Shown: positions 23,137-34,100 of the stretch, in pieces
How positions within the stretch are numbered: position 1 is the stretch's first letter
Layout of the letters: each line of letters begins with the position of its first letter
Source: Ascoidea asiatica JCM 7603
Lineage: Eukaryota; Fungi; Ascomycota
Assembly (NCBI GenBank): GCA_001600695.1
Contig: BCKQ01000002.1
Coordinates: forward strand, 1,137,184-1,201,183
Length of the DNA: 64,000 nucleotides
Reading direction: 5' to 3'
The notes under the pieces: generated by a model
Told to the model about the DNA's origin: nothing
The model's input: only the letters and a program-made list of their open reading frames with translations
The model's database searches: none
Made by a program: the position numbers and the translations under genes

Positions 23137-25625
23137 TTTTATATAAGTTTTTAATAAACTTAAGTTAAATTAAGTTAATTGAATGAAATAATGGAATAAT
23201 GAGATAATGAGATAATGAATGAATGAATAAATGAATGAAGTTTTATGAATTATGTATTGTGTATTATGTATTAAGTAATATGTATTAAGTAATATGAATT
23301 TAATAAGATAAATAAATGAGTTAATGAATAATAGTTATTGTATAAAAATATATAAATAAAAGGAAGGAATAAAGTCTATTATGATAATATAATAATATGA
23401 TAAGATAGATAGATAGATATTAAATATTTGATATTGAATATGAAATAATGAATGAAGTAATTTAGGGTGAATATGGATACAAAAGAATGTAATAATTATA
23501 GATTGACCTAATTTTTGTAAAGTTATAAAGAGTTAAATTTTATTAAATTTTCTAGAATATATTTGAAAAAAATTGTAAGAGATCTTAGAAATCATATAAA
23601 TCTCTTGGGAAACTCTTGGATTTATCTTGGAGAATTCCTAGGAATATGAATTATAATTGTTGAATAATTGTTTGATAATTGTTTAGATTATTTCTATTGG
23701 AAAATATCAGAGATGTGTTTTAATCAGATCAATTATTCTTTTATATTGAAAATAAAATTGAATAAATAATTTGAATTTATTAATAATAATTAGTGATAAT
23801 GATAATAATATGAGATGATCTAATAATTGGATAAATAAGATCAAGGTGTATAGAGATTCCAAAAGAAAGAGTGAAAGAAAATAGTGTAAAGCAGAAGTAA
23901 AATAAAGGAGTACTATTTATTTTTTATTATTATTGATATGTGATTATGAATAGGTGATTATCATGATATTTTTACTGATTGATTTGACAAAGGTGATATT
24001 TTGATATTCTTGAGACTCTTTCTTAGAATTACAATGATTCAATAGAATTGAATTGATTAAGTCCTGAGAATAAAAAATAATATATTTGTTTCATTATTAT
24101 CAGTATCATTTCTACAGTATCATTATCTCATTATTGTCAAGTTGGTGTTGTTCGCCAACATCCTAATATGCCTCCCAATTTGAAGTGTGAGAGTGTTCTG
24201 GCGTGCTATTTCGCTGCCTCTCGCAACCGGCTGATTCTCCAAAACACCACCGGGCAGCCTGAAAAATGGAAGACTCGGCGGCGTGGCACTGCCTGCCCTG
24301 GCAACCGCGCGAAGAGACCCGTGTTTCTGGCGTCGACCAGATAAATGTATTTAAAGAGGGTCTGACTTAAAGGTCTACTAAAGAGGTTTATGTTTTGTGT
24401 CAGCTGACATTTTTGGGGATGGGTGTGGCTAAGTATTTAAGGCTAGTTCAACATGTGATGTTTTGGTTTTTCAGTGCAACGCCGTGCAGGGAGAGCCGCT
24501 GGTCACTATTTGCCGCTGGATGCCGCTGTGAGCACTTCCACTTTCACTTTCTCTCTTTCTCTCTTCTTTCTCCTCTGTGCTCAGTTTCTGCTCAGTTTCT
24601 GTTCTGCTTCAGCGGCCGCAACAGCTCCAGCAAGAGTCCACAGACTTTCAGCAGTCGCCAGAGTTTGCACTGTCGCGAGAGTCTAAAAATACTGAATTAT
24701 TGACTTGGAACAGAGATAACCATTTTAACCATAATAAACATGATAAACACTCGATATATTATTATATTTTGAAATATTTAAATATCTAAATCAACTAATA
24801 TTATTCATCAATTGAATATCAAATATTAAATATCTTACTTACTTATTTACTTAATGCCTATTTTATAAAAACAACTTCTTAAACAGAAAGAGATTTGAAA
24901 TTATTACCTTTGTTAATTAGATTCATACACTAATTATATAAATCTCATTTTTGATCTAAGATTAAACCAATTGAAATTTATTTCTTTATCTCTAATATAT
25001 TATATTACTTTATATATTTAAATTTTGTTTCTTTTCAATATCTTAACTCAATCAATTCAATCAAATAAAATATATATTCATTAGTTCATTCAATTCAAAT
25101 CAATTCAAATTTCTAGTAATTTCTTTGAGAACATTTTTAATAATATAACATAATAATAAGATTTACAAAAAGTATTGAAAAATTATTACAAAAATATTAT
25201 TCAAATTATTAAAATATTTATTATCTATTCATTATTTATCCATTATTTATTATTTATATTTACTAAATTTTAACTCTTATCCATATTTGTACAATTCATA
25301 TACAAATACATACATTCTCTACTAAACTTACTAAGTTAATAATATTCTTATTATTATTTATACTCTTACTTTTATTCATTTAAATCTCATACTAATATCA
25401 AATTATCAATTATCAATTATAATTCAATTATTCAATATCAATTATAAATTATCATTTAATCAAATCATTGTTAAAAAATTCATATATATATTTCAATTTT
25501 TCTCTTATTCAACTACCTTTCAAATAAGTTTATTTTTTATTTTTTCAGTTCCTAAAAATCTTTTTTTGTTTTGTTTTGTTTTTTAATCATCAATATATAA
25601 ATATATAATTATTAATTATCTCATA

Positions 25626-26399
25626 ATGTCATCTCAAGTTGCTCCAAAATTAATCTCATTTCCAAGATTTAAATATTCTTCAATATCTTCTTGTTCTTCA
25701 AATGATTCTGATTCAAATAATATAATAAATAACTCTAATAATAATCCATCAAATGTTTCAACTTCTTCTTCTTCTTCTTCTTCTTTAAACTCTTCAATAT
25801 CATTCAATTCAAATATAAATTCAAACATAAATTCAAATTTAAATACAAATTCAATAAAATTTTCAAAAGATAAAAAAAAATTATCAAAAACTAAAATTTA
25901 TTTAGAATTATTTAATGAAAATAAAATTGATAATGATCAAGATAATTATTTTAATTATAATTATAATTCAATTAAAAAACCAAAATTATTAATACCATCT
26001 TATAAATTAAATAAAAATGATCCAAATTTTTATCTTGAATTTAATTATCCAAATTCAAATTTCTTAAATAAATATTTCTTAAAATTAGGTTTACCTTTAA
26101 ATTATATTAATGCAAATTTAATTAATTCTCCATTAGATTTTGGTTATTATAAAATTTATAATATCTATAATAATAATATTCATAATCATAATCATAATCA
26201 TAATCATAATCATTCTTCAAATTTAAATTCAAATTCAAATTCAAACATAAAATTTGGTTGTAAATGTGGTCATTGTGGTAAATTTATTCAAATTAAATTA
26301 AATAATCAAAATTTTGATCTAGAAAATTTAGATAATAATAATTTCCTTTGTTATATCTCTTATTTTCGTCATTATATTTTAAATCATTCAAATTATTAA
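25626..26399 (+). CDS. Hypothetical protein with C-terminal Cys/His cluster (possible Zn-binding)
   Basis: 257-aa ATG ORF with host-like codon use and a long AUG-free leader; CKCGHC ... CYISYFRHYILNH. Confidence 0.65.
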   Translation: MSSQVAPKLISFPRFKYSSISSCSSNDSDSNNIINNSNNNPSNVSTSSSSSSSLNSSISFNSNINSNINSNLNTNSIKFSKDKKKLSKTKIYLELFNENKIDNDQDNYFNYNYNSIKKPKLLIPSYKLNKNDPNFYLEFNYPNSNFLNKYFLKLGLPLNYINANLINSPLDFGYYKIYNIYNNNIHNHNHNHNHNHSSNLNSNSNSNIKFGCKCGHCGKFIQIKLNNQNFDLENLDNNNFLCYISYFRHYILNHSNY

Positions 26400-27955
26400 A
26401 AAGAAAACAACCTTTATTTTCATTTCATTTTATTTCATATCATTCAAATATCATAATACTATATATTCATCCTTTCATCATATACTCTTTTATATTTTAA
26501 CTTACCCTTCACTATTTTACTTTTAAACTCAAGTAAATATTTTTTCTTTTATTTATTTCTTTTATATCTTAATTACTCGCTTGCAATATGGTTTTTTTAT
26601 TTCAATTTACAATTCTCAAACTTTCTCATTTATACTTACTCCTTTTTTATTATCTTTTCTCTTTTATTCAATCTTCCTATATAGTTTGCTTCGCTATTCA
26701 GTGTATTATATTTCAAAATCAAATAATTTTGAACTAATTTAAATTTCTTTTTATTTCATGTCATTTAAAAAAAAAAAAAATTATTCATTCATTTACTTAC
26801 TTACTTATTCATTAACTATTGCAAATGTATTTGATCAATTCTCTTTGACCAAATTACTTAATCTGATGACCTTTAATGTTTCTCTCATGATCCTTTTTTT
26901 TGCCTTTTTTTGGAATCTAGCGGTATAGCTTTCTACCTTTGTTGATGAGATTTTATATTATATACGAGTAGTTTACTTTAATAAATTGAAAAAAAAAAAA
27001 AAATTAATATAAGAATTCTGAGTCCGATTTCAGTTGATCATTTTTTTAAAAAAATCAGCTTCAATATCTATTTGTTTATTACTGATTTGGGTGTTTTGTC
27101 TTGTTCTTGTCTTATTTTGGACTGTTTTAGTAGGTAAAAAATTTCACAACCTGTTGTAAATTTTTCGTTATTCCATAATTTTTATGACTCTGATATTCAT
27201 GTTGCTTTATTAAATAGAAAGTTGGCAAAAAAATTATATTTATTGGAATAATTCTCCAGCAAAGATTTTTTTTCCAAATTGCTTTTATCCTTTATTATTA
27301 TGCTCTTAATTTTTTTTTTCAAATACCCCAATAAAATCTTTTCAATCAATAAAGTTTTACTCTAGTTTAAATAACAATGAATTTTGATATAATTTTATGA
27401 TTTTCCAAGTCAATAATTCAAAGGAGTCTTCATTTTTTTCTTTTAAAAGTAAAAATTTTATTTCTCGAGTAAACTTTTAAAGTAGATAATTTTTTTTCAT
27501 TATTAATAAAAGTTTTTCTAAAGATTTCATCACTGAAATGAGCAAATAATATTCATAAAAGCAAAACACGAAAGTAATTAGTTTCATAAAATATTGCAAA
27601 ACTTTGTAATATATTCAACTTTTTGTGAAGTAAAAAAAAAGTTGAATACCAATCCTAATACAATAGTAAATTGTCTCATTGATGGAGTAAAATGGAAAAA
27701 TGTGAACATAATTTTATTGATTTTACTTTTCCTCAACGTTTTAAAATATTTGCATCTTTTAATTTTTAAATGCTAATTCCTCATTTAAAAGTTCCTAAAC
27801 CACCTATCATAAAAAATAAAAAACTATAATTTACCTCATAGGTCAAGATAACTACACGATTATTTTCTATATCTTTTAAAAGTTATACGACCTCCGATTT
27901 TATTGTTTTTGTAATTTTTAATATAAGAATATTTTATACAAAATAGTTAGTATTA

Positions 27956-30481
27956 TTACAAACTGATTTGATTTAAAATATTATTTACTATTTGGAATTC
28001 GTCTCCAACTTTTATAAAAGTTTTCTGAATACCGATATTGGAGATTTTCATATTTTCTCCAAAATATATTTTACCTTCATGTTTTCTTGTTTTAACAAGT
28101 TTTTTAAATATATCTGTATTTCGCTTTCCTGAACTCTGGTCTATGGTGATCATATGGCATCTATCGCACTTGGACATACTTTCTAAAATCATAAAATTTT
28201 CTCTATTACTTGAATCTTTTTTCAATAACTTCAAAAACTTCCAAGAATCTTCTTCATATGGCATTAAATCTTTGAAATTACTATTTATAACTATATTTGA
28301 TCTAAAAAGATTTAAAGTATTTCTTTTATGATCATTCAAAGAGTTTTTATCAACTTCATCAACACTTGATTTACTTATTATTAATAATGGACTACTATTC
28401 TGAAGAGAAATATTTTTAGAAGTATTCTTAGAATTATCAGTTTCGGAACAAGTTGCTAGGAAACAATATCTTTGGGTTATTTTGAAAAAAAAATTAATGA
28501 TTTTTGAATCATTAATGCAATGATAAATAACTCCAGCTTTTTCTTCAACATGATCAATAATATTATATTTTTTAGCTAATTTAATATCATCAAGTGGAAT
28601 TTCAATTTCTTCATTATCGTTAAAAACTTTCATAAAATTTCCCACTGGATCAATAAATGGATGAATAAAAACCATTTGAGAGCAATCTTTTAGTCTCAAG
28701 GGTTTATTAGAGGTAGAATCTATTAAACAAAATTTTCTATCATATAGTAAGCCTTTTTCATTTAATTCCCAGGATATAATATTTGAAATCTGAAAATAAT
28801 GACAAGATTTAATAGGATATATGAATAAATTTTCAACTTTTAAAAGTTTTTGTTTTAAATTTGTAATTTGGGAAATTGTATTTGAACTAGAGTCTAGACA
28901 ATTTTCATTTTGATTATCATTATCTTTAAAAAATTTTATTATAAAATTAATGAAATAATCTATATCAGATTTAGTAGTGATTGCACCTAAACTTACTCTA
29001 ATTGCACCTGTAACTTTATTATTTATAATATCTTTATGATCACCACATTTATGACCATGTTTTAAATAATTAGTTATTATATCTTTTTCTGTAAATTTTT
29101 CAATATTATCATTATTTATCCATTTTAAAAAACCTCCAATATTACATAAAGTTCCAACTCTGATTGAGATATTATAAATTGAAGCGATTTTTTCAAAATC
29201 ATGATAGCCTAAATTTTTTTTATTTTTATTTAATAATATAAATGTTATTATTGGACCTTGTTTTTTAATATTACCAAAATTATTTATATTATTTAAAAAT
29301 TTAGTCATTGGATTATTTGTTGAAGGATGTTTTAAATTAGATAATTTTTTAAATAGATAAAAAGTTAAATTATTAAGATAAATTGAAATATTTTTAAAAG
29401 AATTGAAAAATATTTGATGAAATTTGATTGCTTGAGATAAAAAAAGAATGGAATGAAAAGGTATAGTGCCATCTTGTAAATTAATTGATAATACTTTTGA
29501 AGGAGAATAAAATTTATTAAATGGAGTTATTGAATCAATTGTTCCACCACCAAAGAATTTTTTTTCACTAAAAATATTTAAAGCTTTTTCTTTTTTATAA
29601 ATTAAAATACCTAAATCTGGATAACCAAAAATTTTATATAGTGAAGCAATAATAAAATCTGGATTTAAATTTGGATCATTGAAATCAAAAATTGGAGGAG
29701 AAGTTGTTGATTGTGATGATATATCAAATAAAGTAAAATAATCATTTTTACTAAAAGAGTTTTCAATTTGTTTTAAAAAAGTGGAAAATTGAAATCTTTC
29801 ACCATTAAAATTTGATTGAGCTGTTGCAGATATTAATAATGGAAGAGAAGAAGATCGATTAAAAGTATTTATAATTGAAGTTAAATTGTTTTCATTACTA
29901 TCATAAACCATATAATTTTTTGAATAATTTCTAATTGTAATTATAGAAGTATGAGAGTCAATTGAATAAATGAAATTAAAATTATCATTAAATTTATTTA
30001 AGAATCCATCTTGAATTAAAATTTTAATTGAATGAGTTGAATTTAAAGTAAAAATTAAATCAAAATGAATTGGATTCAAATTGAAAATTTTAAATAAATC
30101 AGTTTTAATATCTTGAATTAAATTTGATGTAAAATTTGAGGATTGTGATTGAGAATGTGGATTTGAGATTAAATTATTTAATAATAGATTATTTGAATTT
30201 TCTAAAAAAGATTTTGAATATAATGTTGAACCAGCATGATCTAAATAACATTTATTTTCAAGATAAGGATATTCAATTTCTTTCAATTCTTCAATAGTTT
30301 TATATTTTCCTCCATTTTTATAATAATAAGTATCGAAATCCTTTGGATCTATAAAATCTGAGATTTCATTAGAGTTAAAATTTGAATTTGATTTAGTATT
30401 TAAAATTTGATTTTTTATCGGCGCTAGATTCGTATTGTTTATATTTCTAGAATTATTTGGTTCATATGTGCTTGTTATCAT
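27956..30481 (-). CDS. Molybdenum cofactor sulfurase (NifS-like domain + MOSC), hxB/ABA3/MOCOS family
   Basis: YLDHAGSTLY, NPHS, SLYKIFGYPDLG (PLP Lys), FFGGGT, DGTIPF, RVGTLCN (catalytic Cys), RVSLG; MOSC IYPIKSC, YDRKFCLID, FRSNIV, CDRCHMITIDQ. First ATG is 30481 (the track start at 30487 is GTG). Confidence 0.92.
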   Translation of the reverse strand: MITSTYEPNNSRNINNTNLAPIKNQILNTKSNSNFNSNEISDFIDPKDFDTYYYKNGGKYKTIEELKEIEYPYLENKCYLDHAGSTLYSKSFLENSNNLLLNNLISNPHSQSQSSNFTSNLIQDIKTDLFKIFNLNPIHFDLIFTLNSTHSIKILIQDGFLNKFNDNFNFIYSIDSHTSIITIRNYSKNYMVYDSNENNLTSIINTFNRSSSLPLLISATAQSNFNGERFQFSTFLKQIENSFSKNDYFTLFDISSQSTTSPPIFDFNDPNLNPDFIIASLYKIFGYPDLGILIYKKEKALNIFSEKKFFGGGTIDSITPFNKFYSPSKVLSINLQDGTIPFHSILFLSQAIKFHQIFFNSFKNISIYLNNLTFYLFKKLSNLKHPSTNNPMTKFLNNINNFGNIKKQGPIITFILLNKNKKNLGYHDFEKIASIYNISIRVGTLCNIGGFLKWINNDNIEKFTEKDIITNYLKHGHKCGDHKDIINNKVTGAIRVSLGAITTKSDIDYFINFIIKFFKDNDNQNENCLDSSSNTISQITNLKQKLLKVENLFIYPIKSCHYFQISNIISWELNEKGLLYDRKFCLIDSTSNKPLRLKDCSQMVFIHPFIDPVGNFMKVFNDNEEIEIPLDDIKLAKKYNIIDHVEEKAGVIYHCINDSKIINFFFKITQRYCFLATCSETDNSKNTSKNISLQNSSPLLIISKSSVDEVDKNSLNDHKRNTLNLFRSNIVINSNFKDLMPYEEDSWKFLKLLKKDSSNRENFMILESMSKCDRCHMITIDQSSGKRNTDIFKKLVKTRKHEGKIYFGENMKISNIGIQKTFIKVGDEFQIVNNILNQISL

Positions 30482-30935
30482 TATCACTGCTATTAAATTG
30501 TTTTCATGAAGGTTTGTTCTAGAAAATTAATGAAAAATAATTTCAATCAGTTTATTTCAAAACATGATAAAATATTCACATATTTATTTATTTTGAAGAA
30601 GAGTGAAAGTTTTAAGACACGACTAAAATATACTCCAGAGAAAGGTATAAACAAGAATTAGCACAGATAAGAAGAGCTTAACGCTGAGCTCGACAAACTC
30701 GGAGTTCCTTATCGTGAATGCTGGATGACAGTTGGTAGCACTACGGTTATCGGTTGTGTCGGAAGTCTCCAAAAACACCGAGGCTTACCGCGGGTTCTTT
30801 TTTTTCGAAAATTTTATAAGAAACAAATTAAAACAGAAGGGAAATTTTGATAAGGAGGAAAAGAATCAGGAATATATGAAAGAAAGAAAAGAAAAAAAAA
30901 AAAATGTATTTTAGTTACAGAAGAAGCAGTACCTT

Positions 30936-32201
30936 TCAAAGTAACAAGTTAGGATCAAATTCTGGATTTGGCGATATTTTGAAGGAATATGTGAATTTAT
31001 CTTTGACTGTAAATCTAGTGGCACTTGCAAAAGGAGTTGAGCCATCAGGTTTTAAATTTGGAATTATTTTTTCTTTCAGTGCACCAGCAAACTGATTCAG
31101 AAGTAATGACCTTAAGGACAATATACTTGGTTGAGATCCAGATTGTTGTTGTTGTGGATTTGATTTTAAAGTCCGATTATGAATAGAATTATAAAGCAAT
31201 TCGGTATTTGCTATTTTAATTTTATCAATTTTTAAATTTTCTTGAAATTTCTTTAAAAATTCATCATTTAATTGTAAATCAAATCTTAATCCCAATTTTT
31301 GATCAATATTGAATTTTTTATTTGATAATAAATGTAAAATATCATTTATTCTTTTAGATTCATAAGGATTTAAAATTATTGAAATTGCAGATTTTAAATT
31401 ATTTTTATAAATTGCAATTGGTATTTTATAAATTTTTGATGTATATTGAGAACTTAAGCTTAATTGTTTCTTAAAATATTTTGATCCACTTTCAGGTGTT
31501 GAATAATTAATTGAATCAAATAAATTAATTTTAACATTTTGATTATCATTATCATTGATATCATTATTAAAATCATTAGTTTGTTTATTATTTTGTTTAT
31601 TAATTAATTTACTTTGAACATCATTTTCAAAATTTATTAAATTTGAATTACTTAACAGTTTATTATTTTTAGTACCTGAAATAATTGATGGATTATTATT
31701 AGTATTGATATTACCTGAAGCAGAATTTTTAAAGAATTTTTTAAAATCTTGAGAATATAATAAACTATCATAAATTGCAGAGGGAAGTAAAAGTGCAGTA
31801 CCTAAAGTTGATAAACCACAAAGTGTTAAAAAAAAAGGTTCTAAGCCTAATCTTGGAATCGGAAAACAAGATGATACTAAACCAGTTGAAATCCCTAATG
31901 TTGAACTATATTTGCTTAATAAAAATGCAGTTCTTTTAAGTAGATCAATTGAATTATTTATACCAACAACATCTGAGTTTATGATAATATTTGAATTATT
32001 TAAATTATTTGTTTCATTAGCACCATTTGAAAAATTGAAAGAATTATTAATAGTTTGAGAAAGTTCAATTGGAAAACAAAGATTATTTAAATTATTATCT
32101 TTTAAACAAAATGATGAAATATCATAGTAATTATTGTTTTCATTGAAAGAATATACTGAATTTAAAGAGAAAAGTATTGAAAGAAATATTATCAAAATCA
32201 T
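30936..32201 (-). CDS. Secreted or membrane orphan protein (signal peptide, N-glycosylation sites, KR site, hydrophobic hairpin)
   Basis: MILIIFLSILFSLNSVYS signal; several NxS/T sites; LLKR followed by a Cys-flanked hydrophobic segment. Confidence 0.7.
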   Translation of the reverse strand: MILIIFLSILFSLNSVYSFNENNNYYDISSFCLKDNNLNNLCFPIELSQTINNSFNFSNGANETNNLNNSNIIINSDVVGINNSIDLLKRTAFLLSKYSSTLGISTGLVSSCFPIPRLGLEPFFLTLCGLSTLGTALLLPSAIYDSLLYSQDFKKFFKNSASGNINTNNNPSIISGTKNNKLLSNSNLINFENDVQSKLINKQNNKQTNDFNNDINDNDNQNVKINLFDSINYSTPESGSKYFKKQLSLSSQYTSKIYKIPIAIYKNNLKSAISIILNPYESKRINDILHLLSNKKFNIDQKLGLRFDLQLNDEFLKKFQENLKIDKIKIANTELLYNSIHNRTLKSNPQQQQSGSQPSILSLRSLLLNQFAGALKEKIIPNLKPDGSTPFASATRFTVKDKFTYSFKISPNPEFDPNLLL

Positions 32202-33242
32202 ATTTGGAAAATTGAATTAATATGGTAGGTACATTTCATTTTCAAAATTTCATTAGATTTTTCTTTGAACTAAAACAAAAATACCTTCTAAAAATCTGTA
32301 GCGCTATCATGATTTAGATAAAAAAACAGAAGAAAAAACAAAATTTCAATTTCATCAGTTCATTCATATTATTCAATGAACACTTCTCTGAAAGCACAAC
32401 ATGAAAAGTGGTGATAAAGAGTTTAAGAAGATTGTCTTTTACCTTTCAGTTTTGGTATTGAAATTGTTATTGATTTTGTGGACAGAGGAAATTTGAACTG
32501 AATTTGAGTTGGGTGAAGTTAGAAGGGTCCCATCATTTTCCAGAACTAATACAAATTGTATACAATCAACACAAGTTATTTGGTGCAAAATTGAAAACTT
32601 GAATATATTTCATATTTCATAAACCAACATCATATTTCAAGAACAAGAAACAAGTAATTTAATCGAAGTGAATGTAATATCGATGATAAATAAAGCCTTT
32701 TGAGCATTTAAAACCATCCATTTTTTTATGTTTTGTAGCGTTAAATTATTGAATATATTTGTGTAGTCAAAAAGCGTACTGCATTAAAAAGGCGTTTGAA
32801 ATTTACGCAAAACTCCATGCAATTTTCTCCACAGCGCATATTTCAAAAATGCCCTCTTTAAAAAATTATTGCACACTATTTAGATGCCTTGCGCTTATAG
32901 CGCGCACTAATTTATCTCAGCTGCGCCACTGGTGCCTTTGTAGTATGTCCTCAATTTCACTAATGGTGCGTGTTTTAAGGAATTTAATTGTCCTGAAAAA
33001 TACCTTCACACATAAATATTAAAAGTCAACTTGAACCTAACCCTCAATAAATTTTTTTTGTTCCTGATACAAATTTTTGTCATGAAGTTGCATGGAAGGA
33101 ATTTATGAACAGCTGTTTTTTTTCCCGATTATGAATAATATTTGATATTGTAAGAACTTCGAGATTAAATATTCAGTAAATTCCTCAAAGATCATACAAT
33201 AAAAATATTATTATTTCTGGAAATGAGTTTCTATAGTATTCA

Positions 33243-33258
33243 ACTGTACCGGTACAGT
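33243..33258. repeat. Perfect 16-bp palindrome ACTGTACCGGTACAGT
   Basis: Self-reverse-complementary, read directly. Confidence 0.95.
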
Positions 33259-33304
33259 AAAAGTTCTGGTACCTCTTTTTGAAGAATGTTCAAAAAAGGT
33301 CCCG

Positions 33305-33334
33305 TTATGCTTAAAGTTTCAACTTTAAGCATAA
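33305..33334. repeat. Perfect inverted repeat, 14-bp arms and 2-nt spacer (TTATGCTTAAAGTT-TC-AACTTTAAGCATAA)
   Basis: Read directly. Confidence 0.95.
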
Positions 33335-33909
33335 ACTCCGACGTGGAATGCTGTTTTACCGAGTATGTGTTAGCTTTTGTTGCTTGGATAAGCGCCGACA
33401 AAGCGACCAACATAACGTTCCTGAATGTGGCTTATTTAGCGGCGCTCGACCTGTGATAAAGCCATGCTACCTTACTAAGCAGCTAAGCGCATGGGGTGTT
33501 TGCGTCTCAGGCACTAAAAATAGAACCCTTCATTTCCCGAAAGGACCAGTCCCACACTCTGTCTCATAAGGTGGTGCCTTAGAAACTGTCTCAAAAAATG
33601 TCTCAGATAAACACTGCCCAACATTAAGTCTCCAGGGTAAAATAAGATTAAGAAGTGTGGTCGCTTGCGTAAGCACTCGCTGTAAAGAAGCGATTCAAAT
33701 TAAATTGAAATCACTTACTTCCATTTGTCATATATCTGTCCACGGTTTCCATTTCCGTATCTATTCCGTCCCAGCCTATCCTTTAGCATTTTTTTAATTT
33801 TTTATTAAATCAACGCCACCTTCATGGAACGCTTCCGCGTAAACCTTTTTTCAAATTCATATGCTATTTTTACATAATATCTCTCCCAAATCAAGAATTT
33901 CGCCTTCTT

Positions 33910-34100
33910 GGTCAAGTTTTTAGCCTCAAAATCCAGCAATTAAGTCTCTCACAAAAACAACCATTATTACCAATGTTCAATAATTCAGTCCCATAGGTCA
34001 AGTTTTGAGTCTCACAATCCAACTATTAACTCTCTCAGAAAATCAGCCATTATTGGCAATTTTCAATACTTTAGTCCTATAGGTCAATGTTTTAGCATCA
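33910..34100. repeat. 86-bp tandem repeat, about 2.2 copies
   Basis: Units start with GGTCAA at 33910, 33996 and 34082; units 1 and 2 align without gaps at 71/86 identity by manual count. Confidence 0.9.

Noticed and set aside
24395-24789. Three short ORFs in the GC island
   Set aside because: Non-ATG starts and atypical codon use; stop-poor promoter DNA
26942-27021. Box C/D snoRNA (TGATGA...CTGA)
   Set aside because: Internal poly-A, no terminal stem, no recognisable rRNA guide
33910-34100. Possible leucine-rich-repeat pseudogene on the minus strand (LLNIGNNG / VLKIANNG)
   Set aside because: The period is 86 nt in both intervals, so it does not preserve frame, and there are stops
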